Positions 11,896 through 19,728 of a DNA stretch of 64,000 bases are shown here, one piece after another. The stretch is from NCBI GenBank assembly GCA_963744175.1, contig CAVUSQ010000002.1, forward strand, positions 62,178 to 126,177. Direction: 5' to 3'. The DNA is from Bryobacterales bacterium. Lineage in GTDB: Bacteria > Acidobacteriota > Terriglobia > Bryobacterales > Bryobacteraceae. The number at the start of each line of letters is the position of its first letter. Within the stretch, counting starts at the first letter, position 1. The notes below the pieces were generated by a model, which worked only from the letters and a program-made list of their open reading frames with translations, was not told the origin of the DNA and did no database searches. The position numbers and the translations under genes were made by a program.

Positions 11896-12517
11896 CGATC
11901 ACAACGTAATGCGCAGAGGTCTCCGGCTATTGCTCGAAAGCCAGCCGGAGTTCACAGTGGTGGCCGAAGCCGCCGATGGCAGACAAGCGGTCGAACAGGC
12001 GGAGGCGACTAATCCGGATGTGGTGGTGCTCGATATCGCAATGCCGAATCTCAACGGGATCGAGGCCGCTCAGCGCATTATCTCCCAGCGGCCTGGCACC
12101 TCGATTATTTTTCTGAGTATGCATTCGGATGAGGGCTACGTTCTTCGTGCCCTCAAAGTGGGGGCGAAAGGCTATTTGCTGAAGGATTCCGCGGAAGGGG
12201 ATCTCATTGAAGCGATCACTATGGTTCATCAGGGGAAGACATTTTTCAGTCGCGAAATCGGCCGAATGCTGGTTGAGGATTATGTACGGGAAATCAGAAC
12301 GCGTGGGGTCGAGGATAGCTACGAGCTGCTAACTTCACGCGAGCGCGAGATCTTTCAGTTATTAGCCGAAGGCAAGTCGAATAAAGAGATCGCAGGAGCC
12401 TTGAACCTTAGTGCACACACGGTCGAGACACATCGCCGAAATCTGCAGGATAAGCTTAATCTTCATAGCTTCGCCGAACTGATTCTCTACGCAGTGCGGA
12501 AGCGGATTATCTCGTAA
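11867..12517 (+). CDS. NarL/FixJ-family response regulator (REC + LuxR-type HTH)
   Basis: IRILLADDHNVMRRGL...DVVVLDIAMPNLNGIE (REC) and LTSREREIFQLLAEGKSNKEIAGALNLSAHTVETHRRNL (LuxR HTH). The track start 11855 is GTG; I prefer the in-frame GTG at 11867, preceded by GAGGAAA. It overlaps the kinase 3' end. Confidence 0.9.
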   Translation: MKQIRILLADDHNVMRRGLRLLLESQPEFTVVAEAADGRQAVEQAEATNPDVVVLDIAMPNLNGIEAAQRIISQRPGTSIIFLSMHSDEGYVLRALKVGAKGYLLKDSAEGDLIEAITMVHQGKTFFSREIGRMLVEDYVREIRTRGVEDSYELLTSREREIFQLLAEGKSNKEIAGALNLSAHTVETHRRNLQDKLNLHSFAELILYAVRKRIIS

Positions 12518-12527
12518 TGTCCCGTCA

Positions 12528-12569
12528 CGATTTTCGCGTCTACCCGCATGCTGACGCATGGCGGCTCGG
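12528..12569 (+). repeat. Short variant (copy A) of a hairpin-forming intergenic repeat
   Basis: CGATTTTCGCGTCTACCCGCATGCTGACGCATGGCGGCTCGG shares CGCGTCT..CCGCATGC-(T)NAC-GCATGGCGG with the copies at 32287 and 55990. It lies between two convergent stop codons. Confidence 0.5.
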
Positions 12570-12588
12570 CGTAAACGCGATCTGACAG

Positions 12589-12879
12589 CTAACCTTTTAG
12601 CGCGCGCTCGAGCCGGCTATGCTGCAGCTCGTGGAGAAGGCGCATCACGTTGTATGCACTCAGTTCGACCATCAGTCGCGTGATTTTTTCGTGTTGCTCA
12701 TCGTTTAGATCGCCTTCAACGGATTTCATTGCCGCGACCACGCTCGACTGTTGCTTTTCGAGCTCGGTATCATCGATAACACCATCCGCCATGGCGTCCA
12801 CGAATGCCGACAGGTTTTGTACCTGCTCGTCAATGATCGGCATGTGTGTCTTCTCGTCAAACCAACTTATTCTTGTCAT
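12589..12879 (-). CDS. Small acidic helical protein, last gene of the PspA-ABC-AAA operon
   Basis: 96 aa, MTRISWFDEKTHMPIIDEQVQNLSAFVDAMADGVIDDTELEKQQ... Its ATG (12879-12877) overlaps the AAA gene stop (ATGA). No family recognised. Confidence 0.7.
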   Translation of the reverse strand: MTRISWFDEKTHMPIIDEQVQNLSAFVDAMADGVIDDTELEKQQSSVVAAMKSVEGDLNDEQHEKITRLMVELSAYNVMRLLHELQHSRLERALKG

Positions 12880-14624
12880 AAAATGCCTTTCAATTCGAAA
12901 AAACGGTGTTGCAGACGCTCACGTCCGCCCGGCTCCTGAACTTGCTTGCGGAACGCTTCGGGAAGGAACTCGGCGTCAGTGCATTCGAGCATGGCGGCGA
13001 TCTCCTGCATCTCCTTCTCCAGTCCATCGAGGGATGGAAGAAAGCCCGCCAGCTCGCGTTCGAGCGCCAGCTTGCCGATTCCGGATTCCCCGAGCAAGCG
13101 TCCGCGGCGCGCGGCTCTGGTTACAATTCCCTCAATGTCCGCGCCTGAGAGTCGGCCGGTTAAAGGAACATCGGGAATCTCATCGGGAGTCAACTTGATG
13201 CCGGCCTTTCGGCCCATGGCTTGGAACATCGACCGCAATTCTTCCGCTTGCGTGGGATAAAACAGAGGGATGTGAACCTCCGCACGGCCCTGCCGCTTCA
13301 GGTCGATGGGTAAAAGGTCGGGGCGGGATGTCAGCAGCATCCACAAAATTTTCCCACGATAGCGAGTGTCGCCCATTTGCGCGGCGATTAGGGAAAAGAC
13401 ACGGCTGGAGGTGCCTGAATCGCCCTCCTGCTCGCGATTGCCCAGCGCGGCGTCGGCTTCGTCGATGACCACGACCACGGGCCCCATGGCTCGTAATACG
13501 CCGAGGACGCGCTCCAGGTTCCCCTCCGTTTCGCCGACATACTTGGAGCGGAAATTCTTAAGAACGAGGCAGGGCGCACCCATTTCACCGGCCATGCATT
13601 GCGCCAGAAACGTTTTTCCCGTGCCCACGGGACCGCAGACCAGATAACCCATCGGCAGCGTTTCTGTGTCGCCCCGCTGAAGCAGTTGCGCGTCCTCGCG
13701 AAGGCGCTGCTTCACGGAGGCGTGACCTACCAGGACATCAGTATTCCACTTCGGCTCCATGAATTCGAGCAAGCCGCGGCATTGGCGCTCGATCAGTTCC
13801 TTCTTGAGTCCGCGCATGCGGGGTCCGTCCAGGCGGTGACCAGGTTCGAAGGCAGATTGAATCAGGACGTTGATATCCACGCATGAAATGCCCGCAGTGA
13901 GGCGCGTTAATTCGGCTTCCGAATAATCGGAAGCGAGGTGGAGATCGCGGCCTTCCAACGCATAATGTATAAAATGTGCGCGTGCGGCTTCATCGGGCAT
14001 CGGGACTTCGATGCTGGCGACATAAGGATTCGAAGTGACGCGCTCACTTAGGGCAGCGGCGCTCTCGTCCATCAAAACCATCGCCATGTTGAGCCGTTTC
14101 ACATGCGGACTGGCGGCCCAGTTAAGAAGGGTCACGACCTGTTGGGATGCGGCCGGACTCAGGCGGCCGGGCTCACCGCTGGGCAGGAGAAACGAGGCGT
14201 GGTCGATCAGAATTGCGGCGCTCACGCTTTCCTCACCCGCCATGATGTTGTTCTGCACGAATCGATCGAGGAGCGCAAACGCGGTGGAAGGGTCCTTTCT
14301 GGCCAACGCGAGGTCGCCAACTTTTTCGTTGGCGCGAACCACCATTTCCTTGAGCCGCACGCCGTCACGCCCCGCAAAAGCCCGCAGCCCGCGCGCCAGA
14401 TCGTAATAGAGCACCAGATCCCAGCGGCCGAATACCTGCTCCGCCAGAAAATCGGAAGCGGCTCCATAAGAAGATCCGTCGGCGGACAAGGGAACCAGAT
14501 CGTGCACGTTGCCGTGAACAACAAACAGCGAGGTGGAGCCGGAAAAATACAGCTCCGATAGCTCAGCGGCCCACGACGGGAACCAGGCGGGAATTTTGCC
14601 GTGTTTGTGTTCGGCGGGCGTCAT
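12876..14624 (-). CDS. Classical-clade AAA+ ATPase with degenerate N-terminal ATPase-like half
   Basis: C-terminal module: Walker A GPVGTGKT, pore-loop-like SKYVGETE, Walker B VVVIDEAD, SRH-like LLTSRPDLLPIDLKRQGRAE. N-terminal ~330 aa has no P-loop (LFVVHGNVHDL) but a Walker-B-like AILIDHASF. Start placed at ATG 14624 (MTPAEHKHGKIPAWF), which overlaps the upstream stop (ATGA). The Arg-rich track extension to 14768 is rejected. Confidence 0.85.
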   Translation of the reverse strand: MTPAEHKHGKIPAWFPSWAAELSELYFSGSTSLFVVHGNVHDLVPLSADGSSYGAASDFLAEQVFGRWDLVLYYDLARGLRAFAGRDGVRLKEMVVRANEKVGDLALARKDPSTAFALLDRFVQNNIMAGEESVSAAILIDHASFLLPSGEPGRLSPAASQQVVTLLNWAASPHVKRLNMAMVLMDESAAALSERVTSNPYVASIEVPMPDEAARAHFIHYALEGRDLHLASDYSEAELTRLTAGISCVDINVLIQSAFEPGHRLDGPRMRGLKKELIERQCRGLLEFMEPKWNTDVLVGHASVKQRLREDAQLLQRGDTETLPMGYLVCGPVGTGKTFLAQCMAGEMGAPCLVLKNFRSKYVGETEGNLERVLGVLRAMGPVVVVIDEADAALGNREQEGDSGTSSRVFSLIAAQMGDTRYRGKILWMLLTSRPDLLPIDLKRQGRAEVHIPLFYPTQAEELRSMFQAMGRKAGIKLTPDEIPDVPLTGRLSGADIEGIVTRAARRGRLLGESGIGKLALERELAGFLPSLDGLEKEMQEIAAMLECTDAEFLPEAFRKQVQEPGGRERLQHRFFELKGIL

Positions 14625-15473
14625 TGCGCGACCTTTCGCCAGTCGGCATCGAGGATGGCGGGCGGCTCTTGCATTTGATCCACCACGCCAGTAATGTGCT
14701 GCAGTTCGCGGATTGCCGCTTCGGTGGATTGGACGCTGGCGGCGACGCCTTCGATCTGGCTGGTCCATGCGTCGGGATCCTGGCGATTGACGCTCGATTC
14801 GACCAGCGCTTGAATCTTGGCTTCAATGCGGTCCAGCTCCAGGCGGACGAACTCGGCGTTTTCGCTGGCCTTTTTGTAGTTTTCCAGGCGCAATTCCTGG
14901 GCAGCAACGCTGTCCTCCAAAGAGTGTTTGATACGTTCTTCCTGCGCTCCCAAGCCGGCGATTTTTGCTTTTGTATTTTCGATTCGCGAGCGGATTTCGG
15001 CGTCGTTGGTGGAATGGAGGAAACGATCCAGCCCCTGTTGAGATACGAGCAGGCGCAGAAAAATCCATAGCAAGCGATCGAGGGCGGGAGTGCTCAGGTC
15101 TTCTGACGACGAAGCTTGCTGGCCGCTGACGCCGCGGGCGATCGATTTCATTTCCAGGCAACGCGAGCGCAGTGCGTCGAATCGCTGACGGGATTCCGGC
15201 GGGAGAGAATTCATGATTTCCGCGAGCGATTCGCCTCCGGACGTACCAGGCTGCAATTCCTTATGGACCTGCGCGTCGATCGCGTCGCGGAATTTCGGGC
15301 GGGAAACCAAGCCCTGCCAGGTAAGCGATCTCGCCGGCCAATACCAGTGGGATCGTCGCATCGGGCCACGGGGAAATTGCCGCTGCTGCCGCCGCACCGA
15401 AGAAAAACAGGAGGTTCCAGCGGTAGAGGAAGGCTCGCTTCAAGTACTCCGCGATGCCCGCGGACGTTTTCAC
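14621..15473 (-). CDS. Membrane-anchored coiled-coil protein (one frame break near 15305)
   Basis: The N-terminal hydrophobic part (frame of ORF 15261..15488: KTSAGIAEYLKRAFLYRWNLLFFFGAAAAAAISPWPDATIPLVLAGEIAYLAGL) continues in the frame of ORF 14621..15397 (VSRPKFRDAIDAQ... long heptad-like C-terminus). The switch sits at a GGG/CCC run. The GTG start at 15473 overlaps the ABC ATPase stop (GTGA). Confidence 0.65.
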
Positions 15474-16276
15474 TTGCGGACCTCGCACTGCTCCACGATG
15501 TCGCGAATGGCGAACACGGTTTCGTTGAAATGAGCTTCACGCTGCATCTGGCGGGCCGGGCGGTCGGGGCTGGGAAGCTCCATTTCCTTAATGATAGTGC
15601 CAGGAGAGCCGGACAAAATGTAGATGCGGTCGCCCAGGAAAACGGCTTCCTCCACCGAATGCGTCACGAAGAAAACGGTGGCTTCCTGCTCTCGCCAAAG
15701 GCCGATTAGCAGATCCTGCATGTTAAGGCGAGTGGCGGGATCGAGTGCGCCGAACGGCTCGTCCATCAAAATGATGTGCGGCGAGAGGATCAATGTCCGC
15801 GCGATCGCAACCCGCTGGCGCATGCCTCCCGACAATTGATGCGGGAATTTCTGCGCGTCCCGCAAAGGGTTAAGACCCACTTTGCCAATCCACTCCCGTG
15901 CCCGCGCGTCGCGTTCCTTGCGCGATACGCCGGCGCATTCCAGGCCGAAGGAGATATTGTCGAGCACGGTGCGATTGTCAAACGAAGTGTAGTCCTGAAA
16001 GACCATGCCGCGGTCGGGTCCAGGACCTTCTACCGATTTGCCCATCACCTTTACCGTTCCGGTGGTCGCCGGAAATTGCGGGCGCAAGCCTGCGATAAGA
16101 CGCAGGATGGTGGACTTGCCGGACCCCGAGGGCCCTAATAATGACACAAACTCGCCGCGCTCCGGCTTGTTGGGAACTTGAAACGTGATGTCGCGGATTG
16201 CAGGGGTGACTCCGCCATCGGGAGCCTCGAAGTCCTTGCTTACTCCTTTGAATTCGACGATCAGTTCTTCGGGCAC
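15470..16276 (-). CDS. ABC transporter ATP-binding protein (NitT/TauT, SsuB/TauB/NrtD-like)
   Basis: Walker A GPSGSGKST, signature LSGGMRQR, Walker B ILMDEPFGALD, H-loop FFVTHS. Start placed at GTG 16276, 2 nt after the permease stop, rather than the track start 16324. Confidence 0.9.
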   Translation of the reverse strand: MPEELIVEFKGVSKDFEAPDGGVTPAIRDITFQVPNKPERGEFVSLLGPSGSGKSTILRLIAGLRPQFPATTGTVKVMGKSVEGPGPDRGMVFQDYTSFDNRTVLDNISFGLECAGVSRKERDARAREWIGKVGLNPLRDAQKFPHQLSGGMRQRVAIARTLILSPHIILMDEPFGALDPATRLNMQDLLIGLWREQEATVFFVTHSVEEAVFLGDRIYILSGSPGTIIKEMELPSPDRPARQMQREAHFNETVFAIRDIVEQCEVRK

Positions 16277-16278
16277 GC

Positions 16279-17106
16279 TCAGTCTGAGTCCTCTCGATAA
16301 GGAAAGAGGCCATGTTGGACCCATCCGAGAAAGCGGTCGATTCCGTACGCCAGGGCGCCGATCACAATCAGAATTAGAATGATGTGCTCGGACATGCCTC
16401 GTCGCTGACTGGTCGATAGAAGGTACCCTAAGCCATGCTCGGCGTTAATTAATTCGGCGAGCATGATGTAGCCGAAAGCTAACCCGAATAGCGAGCGGAG
16501 GCTTTTATAAATGTCGGGGAGCGCGAGCGGCACGAGAACCTTTCGGATCACTTGCCACCGTGACGCGCCTAGAGTTGTCGCGGTCTCCACATAGCGGTCC
16601 GGAACCGATGTGATGGCGTGGACCGAGTCGGAATATACGAACGGCACGCAAGCGATGAAAATGAACATCACTTTCTGCGTTTCCTCGATGCCGAACCAGA
16701 GAATGGTTAAGGGGATCAGCGCTGCCACAGGGATATTGCGCGCGAATAGTGCCACCGGCATAACCGCGGCTTCGAGCACCCGCCACGATCCCGCGGCGAT
16801 CCCCAGAGGGACACCTACCGCAATCGCCAAACCAAATCCGGCAAGCACTCGGCGCAGCGTTGCGATGATGCTATCGAGCAAGCCTCGCTCATACCATAGA
16901 GGTTTGAAACTTCGCCCTACTTCGAGAGGTGACGGTAGAATTACCGGCGAGACCCAGCGCTGTTCGGGCGTCGCGCCGAACGTCGCGAGGAACCAAAGCG
17001 CGAAGATCATTCCGACCGCGCCTGCTCCAATCAGCCATCCAGTGCGCGGGGCGGGTGGAATGCGAAGATCGAAAAGGCCGGGGCTTTTCGCATCGGAGCG
17101 GGCCAT
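16279..17106 (-). CDS. ABC transporter permease (BPD_transp_1; SsuC/TauC/NrtB-like)
   Basis: 275 aa and multi-TM. EAA-like loop ETATTLGASRWQVIRKVLVPLALPDI. Its start lies 1 nt after the binding-protein stop. Confidence 0.9.
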   Translation of the reverse strand: MARSDAKSPGLFDLRIPPAPRTGWLIGAGAVGMIFALWFLATFGATPEQRWVSPVILPSPLEVGRSFKPLWYERGLLDSIIATLRRVLAGFGLAIAVGVPLGIAAGSWRVLEAAVMPVALFARNIPVAALIPLTILWFGIEETQKVMFIFIACVPFVYSDSVHAITSVPDRYVETATTLGASRWQVIRKVLVPLALPDIYKSLRSLFGLAFGYIMLAELINAEHGLGYLLSTSQRRGMSEHIILILIVIGALAYGIDRFLGWVQHGLFPYREDSD

Positions 17107-17107
17107 T

Positions 17108-18685
17108 TTACTTGGTAGCTTCCAACGGGTAGACCTTCACTTCTACGCGGCGATTCTTGGCCTGGTTCAAAGGATCGTTCGGATCCGCGGGGCGAGCCCA
17201 CCCCATTCCCGATACGCTGAACTGATTCGGCTGAAGCGTGGGGAACTTTTTGAGAATCGCTTCCTTCACCGCGTTAGCCCGGTTTCCGGAAAGCTCCTGC
17301 ACAGCCGATTCAGGCACGCGATCCTTCATCGAGGAATCCGAGTGACCTTCTATAATGATGCGCGCAGCGCCGAACTGTCCGGCCATTTTGCCGATCTCCT
17401 CCACCACAAACTTTGCATTCGGGTCGTAGAGTTGCTCAGTGGCCTTGCCGTCTACGGTTTCAGTAACCTGCTTCGAGAGGTCCCACGAGTTTGGATAAAA
17501 GTGGATCACGACAGTCTTGGTAAGGATCTCATCGGACTCGCCTTGAATCGCCGCAGCCGTGGCGGGAGCGAACTGGACGGCGTATTCATTTTTCTGGCTC
17601 GAATATTTCGCTTCCTTCCCGAGCTTCTGCAAAACGCTGAAGTCCATCACCTGATCGAACTCCGTCTTGTCGGAAACCGCTCCAATGCGTTTGTACAAGT
17701 AGTACGCCGTGTTCCAAGTCCGCTCAAAATTCGTTGGATTATTCTGATTCAGAAAAAATTCCTGATTCTCGGCCCAATTCGTGGAATGCGCGTCGCCCTG
17801 CATACTGAGCGCGTCCGCCTCGGGAATGGAGTACCCAGCCGCCATCAGCTTAGCCGCGGCAGCCTTGCTGTTCTGATCCTTCAACGATTCCATGCCATCG
17901 AAAATCCCGCGCACCAGGCCTTCAATAATGTCGGGATTGTCCTTCGCGAAGTCGGCTCGAGCAAACCAGATGTCGGCGATCAGCTTGTTGGCGGTCGTCG
18001 TGGTCACCAGCATACGATTACCTTTGACCTTCGCCAGGTTGTAAATATCCGGCGACCAGCTCACAGCTCCGGCGATTTTCTTATCGGCGTTGAAAGCAGC
18101 CGCGGCCTGGAAAGCGTCCTGGGTGAACTTGAAGTTCACCTCCGATGGCTGCACGCCCCCATTGATCAGTGCGTTGAGCACGAAGAAATGGGACGGCGAG
18201 TTCTGCGCGAGAACAATAGTCTTGCCGCGCAAATCGGCGATACTCTTGACGGTATCGCGCACCACAATTCCATCGCCGCCATTGGACCAATCCACCTGCT
18301 GATAAATTCGCGGCATCACGCGTGAATCTTTGTGCAGCGCCTCCATGAACAGAGGAACCATATCCAAAGTCCCCCAGCCGACGTGGACATTGCCTGCCGC
18401 GTAAGCGTCGCGCATCGCCACCGGATCGTCGATCAGGATGAGCTCAACTTTGAAGTCCTTACCGCCGGATGTTTTCCAGACCTTGCCGGCCTTGAATCCA
18501 TTGTTGGCCAGGATGATCGGCGCCCAACCCGCCCAAACATTGATCGCAAAGCGAACAGTCCGGTCCGCCAGCGGCTTGTAACTTGAAATACCCTGCACCG
18601 GAGGAAGCTTCGCCGCCGGAACATATTTATACTCTTTCGCCGTCGTGATCCCGCTGGTATCGGGAGCTTCGGTCGTGGTGGTCAT
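17108..18685 (-). CDS. NMT1/SsuA-like substrate-binding protein fused to a C-terminal OmpA-like domain
   Basis: 525 aa. The N-terminal two-thirds resemble nitrate/sulfonate/bicarbonate-type binding proteins (RFAINVWAGWAPIILANNGF...). The C-terminus carries OmpA_C-like motifs (IIIEGHSDSS, LSGNRANAVKEAIL, NRRVEVKVY). This ORF has no signal peptide or TM segment. Confidence 0.85.
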   Translation of the reverse strand: MTTTTEAPDTSGITTAKEYKYVPAAKLPPVQGISSYKPLADRTVRFAINVWAGWAPIILANNGFKAGKVWKTSGGKDFKVELILIDDPVAMRDAYAAGNVHVGWGTLDMVPLFMEALHKDSRVMPRIYQQVDWSNGGDGIVVRDTVKSIADLRGKTIVLAQNSPSHFFVLNALINGGVQPSEVNFKFTQDAFQAAAAFNADKKIAGAVSWSPDIYNLAKVKGNRMLVTTTTANKLIADIWFARADFAKDNPDIIEGLVRGIFDGMESLKDQNSKAAAAKLMAAGYSIPEADALSMQGDAHSTNWAENQEFFLNQNNPTNFERTWNTAYYLYKRIGAVSDKTEFDQVMDFSVLQKLGKEAKYSSQKNEYAVQFAPATAAAIQGESDEILTKTVVIHFYPNSWDLSKQVTETVDGKATEQLYDPNAKFVVEEIGKMAGQFGAARIIIEGHSDSSMKDRVPESAVQELSGNRANAVKEAILKKFPTLQPNQFSVSGMGWARPADPNDPLNQAKNRRVEVKVYPLEATK

Positions 18686-18686
18686 C

Positions 18687-18818
18687 TCATCTTTTGCTGA
18701 CCTTGACGCTCTTTACTCCGGGCAGCGCGCCCAAACGCCACAGCGCTACGCCGACCAGAGCCAACACGACAGCCAGAACCGCCAAATAAAACGCAGGCTT
18801 CGGATTTCCGCTAGCCAT
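18687..18818 (-). CDS. 43-aa single-TM mini-protein, or the detached membrane anchor of the binding protein
   Basis: Below the track size cut-off. MASGNPKPAFYLAVLAVVLALVGVALWRLGALPGVKSVKVSKR*, with GAGGTG SD upstream. The stop TGA lies 1 nt before the binding-protein ATG. Removing one A from the AAAA run at the 3' end would fuse both ORFs in frame. Confidence 0.45.
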   Translation of the reverse strand: MASGNPKPAFYLAVLAVVLALVGVALWRLGALPGVKSVKVSKR

Positions 18819-18853
18819 ATAAAATTTTCACCTCAATTGTGTTTGCGAACGGC

Positions 18854-19618
18854 CTAGTTGTGGGACGTCTGCGTAGTCTTCTCGTCGACTACCGCCGGTC
18901 CCAGGTCTTTGGTGGAATCGGCCAGCTTCGTCGTTTCCGGCGAACGCAATCCCAACTCCGCCTCAAACTGCGTGAGCGCATCTTCGGCCATCGCCTTCTC
19001 GACTCTCTCCTCGGCTTGGATCGACTCCATGCCTTCCTGCGACAAATCGGCCGCGACCCGCACCTTCGCGCGGTTCTTGTCGATCTTGCCCTGGATCACC
19101 TCTTCGATCTTGCCGAAATCGGTGGTGATGTCCATGTTGAAGGACTGCGCCAGTTTCGCCACCTCGGCTTCCGCCGAACTCATTTTCAACTCGGCATCGT
19201 ACTTCTGAATTTTCTCGCGAACGTCGCCCAGCTTCTTAGTCGCATGCTGGATCTTCTTCAGGTTGTTCCCATATGCCTCCTCATGCATGGTGAGCTGCTG
19301 CTCATTCGCGGCAAGATCCTTCTTCGCCTTCTGCAACTCCAAGGCAAATTTCGCCGCGGCATCGCGCTCCCCCGCTTTCAGATACGTCTTGGTTTGCGTC
19401 TCCAGTTTCTGGACGTGATCCCTGCCCACGGCCACTTGACGCGAGACGCGCTCCACCAACGCCCGATAAGTCTCCAACCCCTGCCGCCCGTCCTTCATCT
19501 GCTCGACAGCGGTATCGTATTCATACTGCATCTGCGCAATCGGATCAGCTTCCCAGAAAACATTGGCGATCTTATTCAATTGCGCACGAAATGCGCTCCA
19601 GAATTTCCCCAAAATCAC
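18854..19618 (-). CDS. pspA: PspA/IM30/Vipp1-family protein (ESCRT-III superfamily)
   Basis: 254 aa with a GTG start and AAGAAGG SD. The N-terminus FWSAFRAQLNKIANVFWEADPIAQMQYEYDTAVEQM matches the PspA_IM30 helix-0/helix-1 pattern, followed by long coiled-coil helices. Confidence 0.85.
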   Translation of the reverse strand: MILGKFWSAFRAQLNKIANVFWEADPIAQMQYEYDTAVEQMKDGRQGLETYRALVERVSRQVAVGRDHVQKLETQTKTYLKAGERDAAAKFALELQKAKKDLAANEQQLTMHEEAYGNNLKKIQHATKKLGDVREKIQKYDAELKMSSAEAEVAKLAQSFNMDITTDFGKIEEVIQGKIDKNRAKVRVAADLSQEGMESIQAEERVEKAMAEDALTQFEAELGLRSPETTKLADSTKDLGPAVVDEKTTQTSHN

Positions 19619-19728
19619 GCCGTACCTTCTTTCTCGTTTCTTCGACCCTCATTCTACTACTACGATGACCGCCGCGAGACTGTTCCCTACTCGCGTCAAT
19701 CGGCTAAAATCAAAGAGTTTAGAAGCGC

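Noticed and set aside
14625-14768. N-terminal 48-codon extension of the AAA+ ORF given by the track (MDQPDRRRRRQRPIH...)
   Set aside because: It is Arg-rich and overlaps the upstream gene by 148 nt. The internal ATG at 14624 forms an ATGA overlap with the upstream stop. The same logic was applied to 25394-25453, 50451-50465, 56969-57211 and 58952-59131.
16610-18325. 571-aa plus-strand ORF
   Set aside because: It lies entirely antisense to the ABC permease and SBP genes, which have clear family motifs. The product is Arg/Gly/His-rich low-complexity sequence, typical of GC-rich antisense frames.
19619-19728. Search for a sigma54 (TGGCAC-N5-TTGC) promoter upstream of pspA, as in the E. coli psp operon
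   Set aside because: There is no convincing -24/-12 match, and no clean sigma70 -35/-10 pair with proper spacing either. The promoter is left unannotated.
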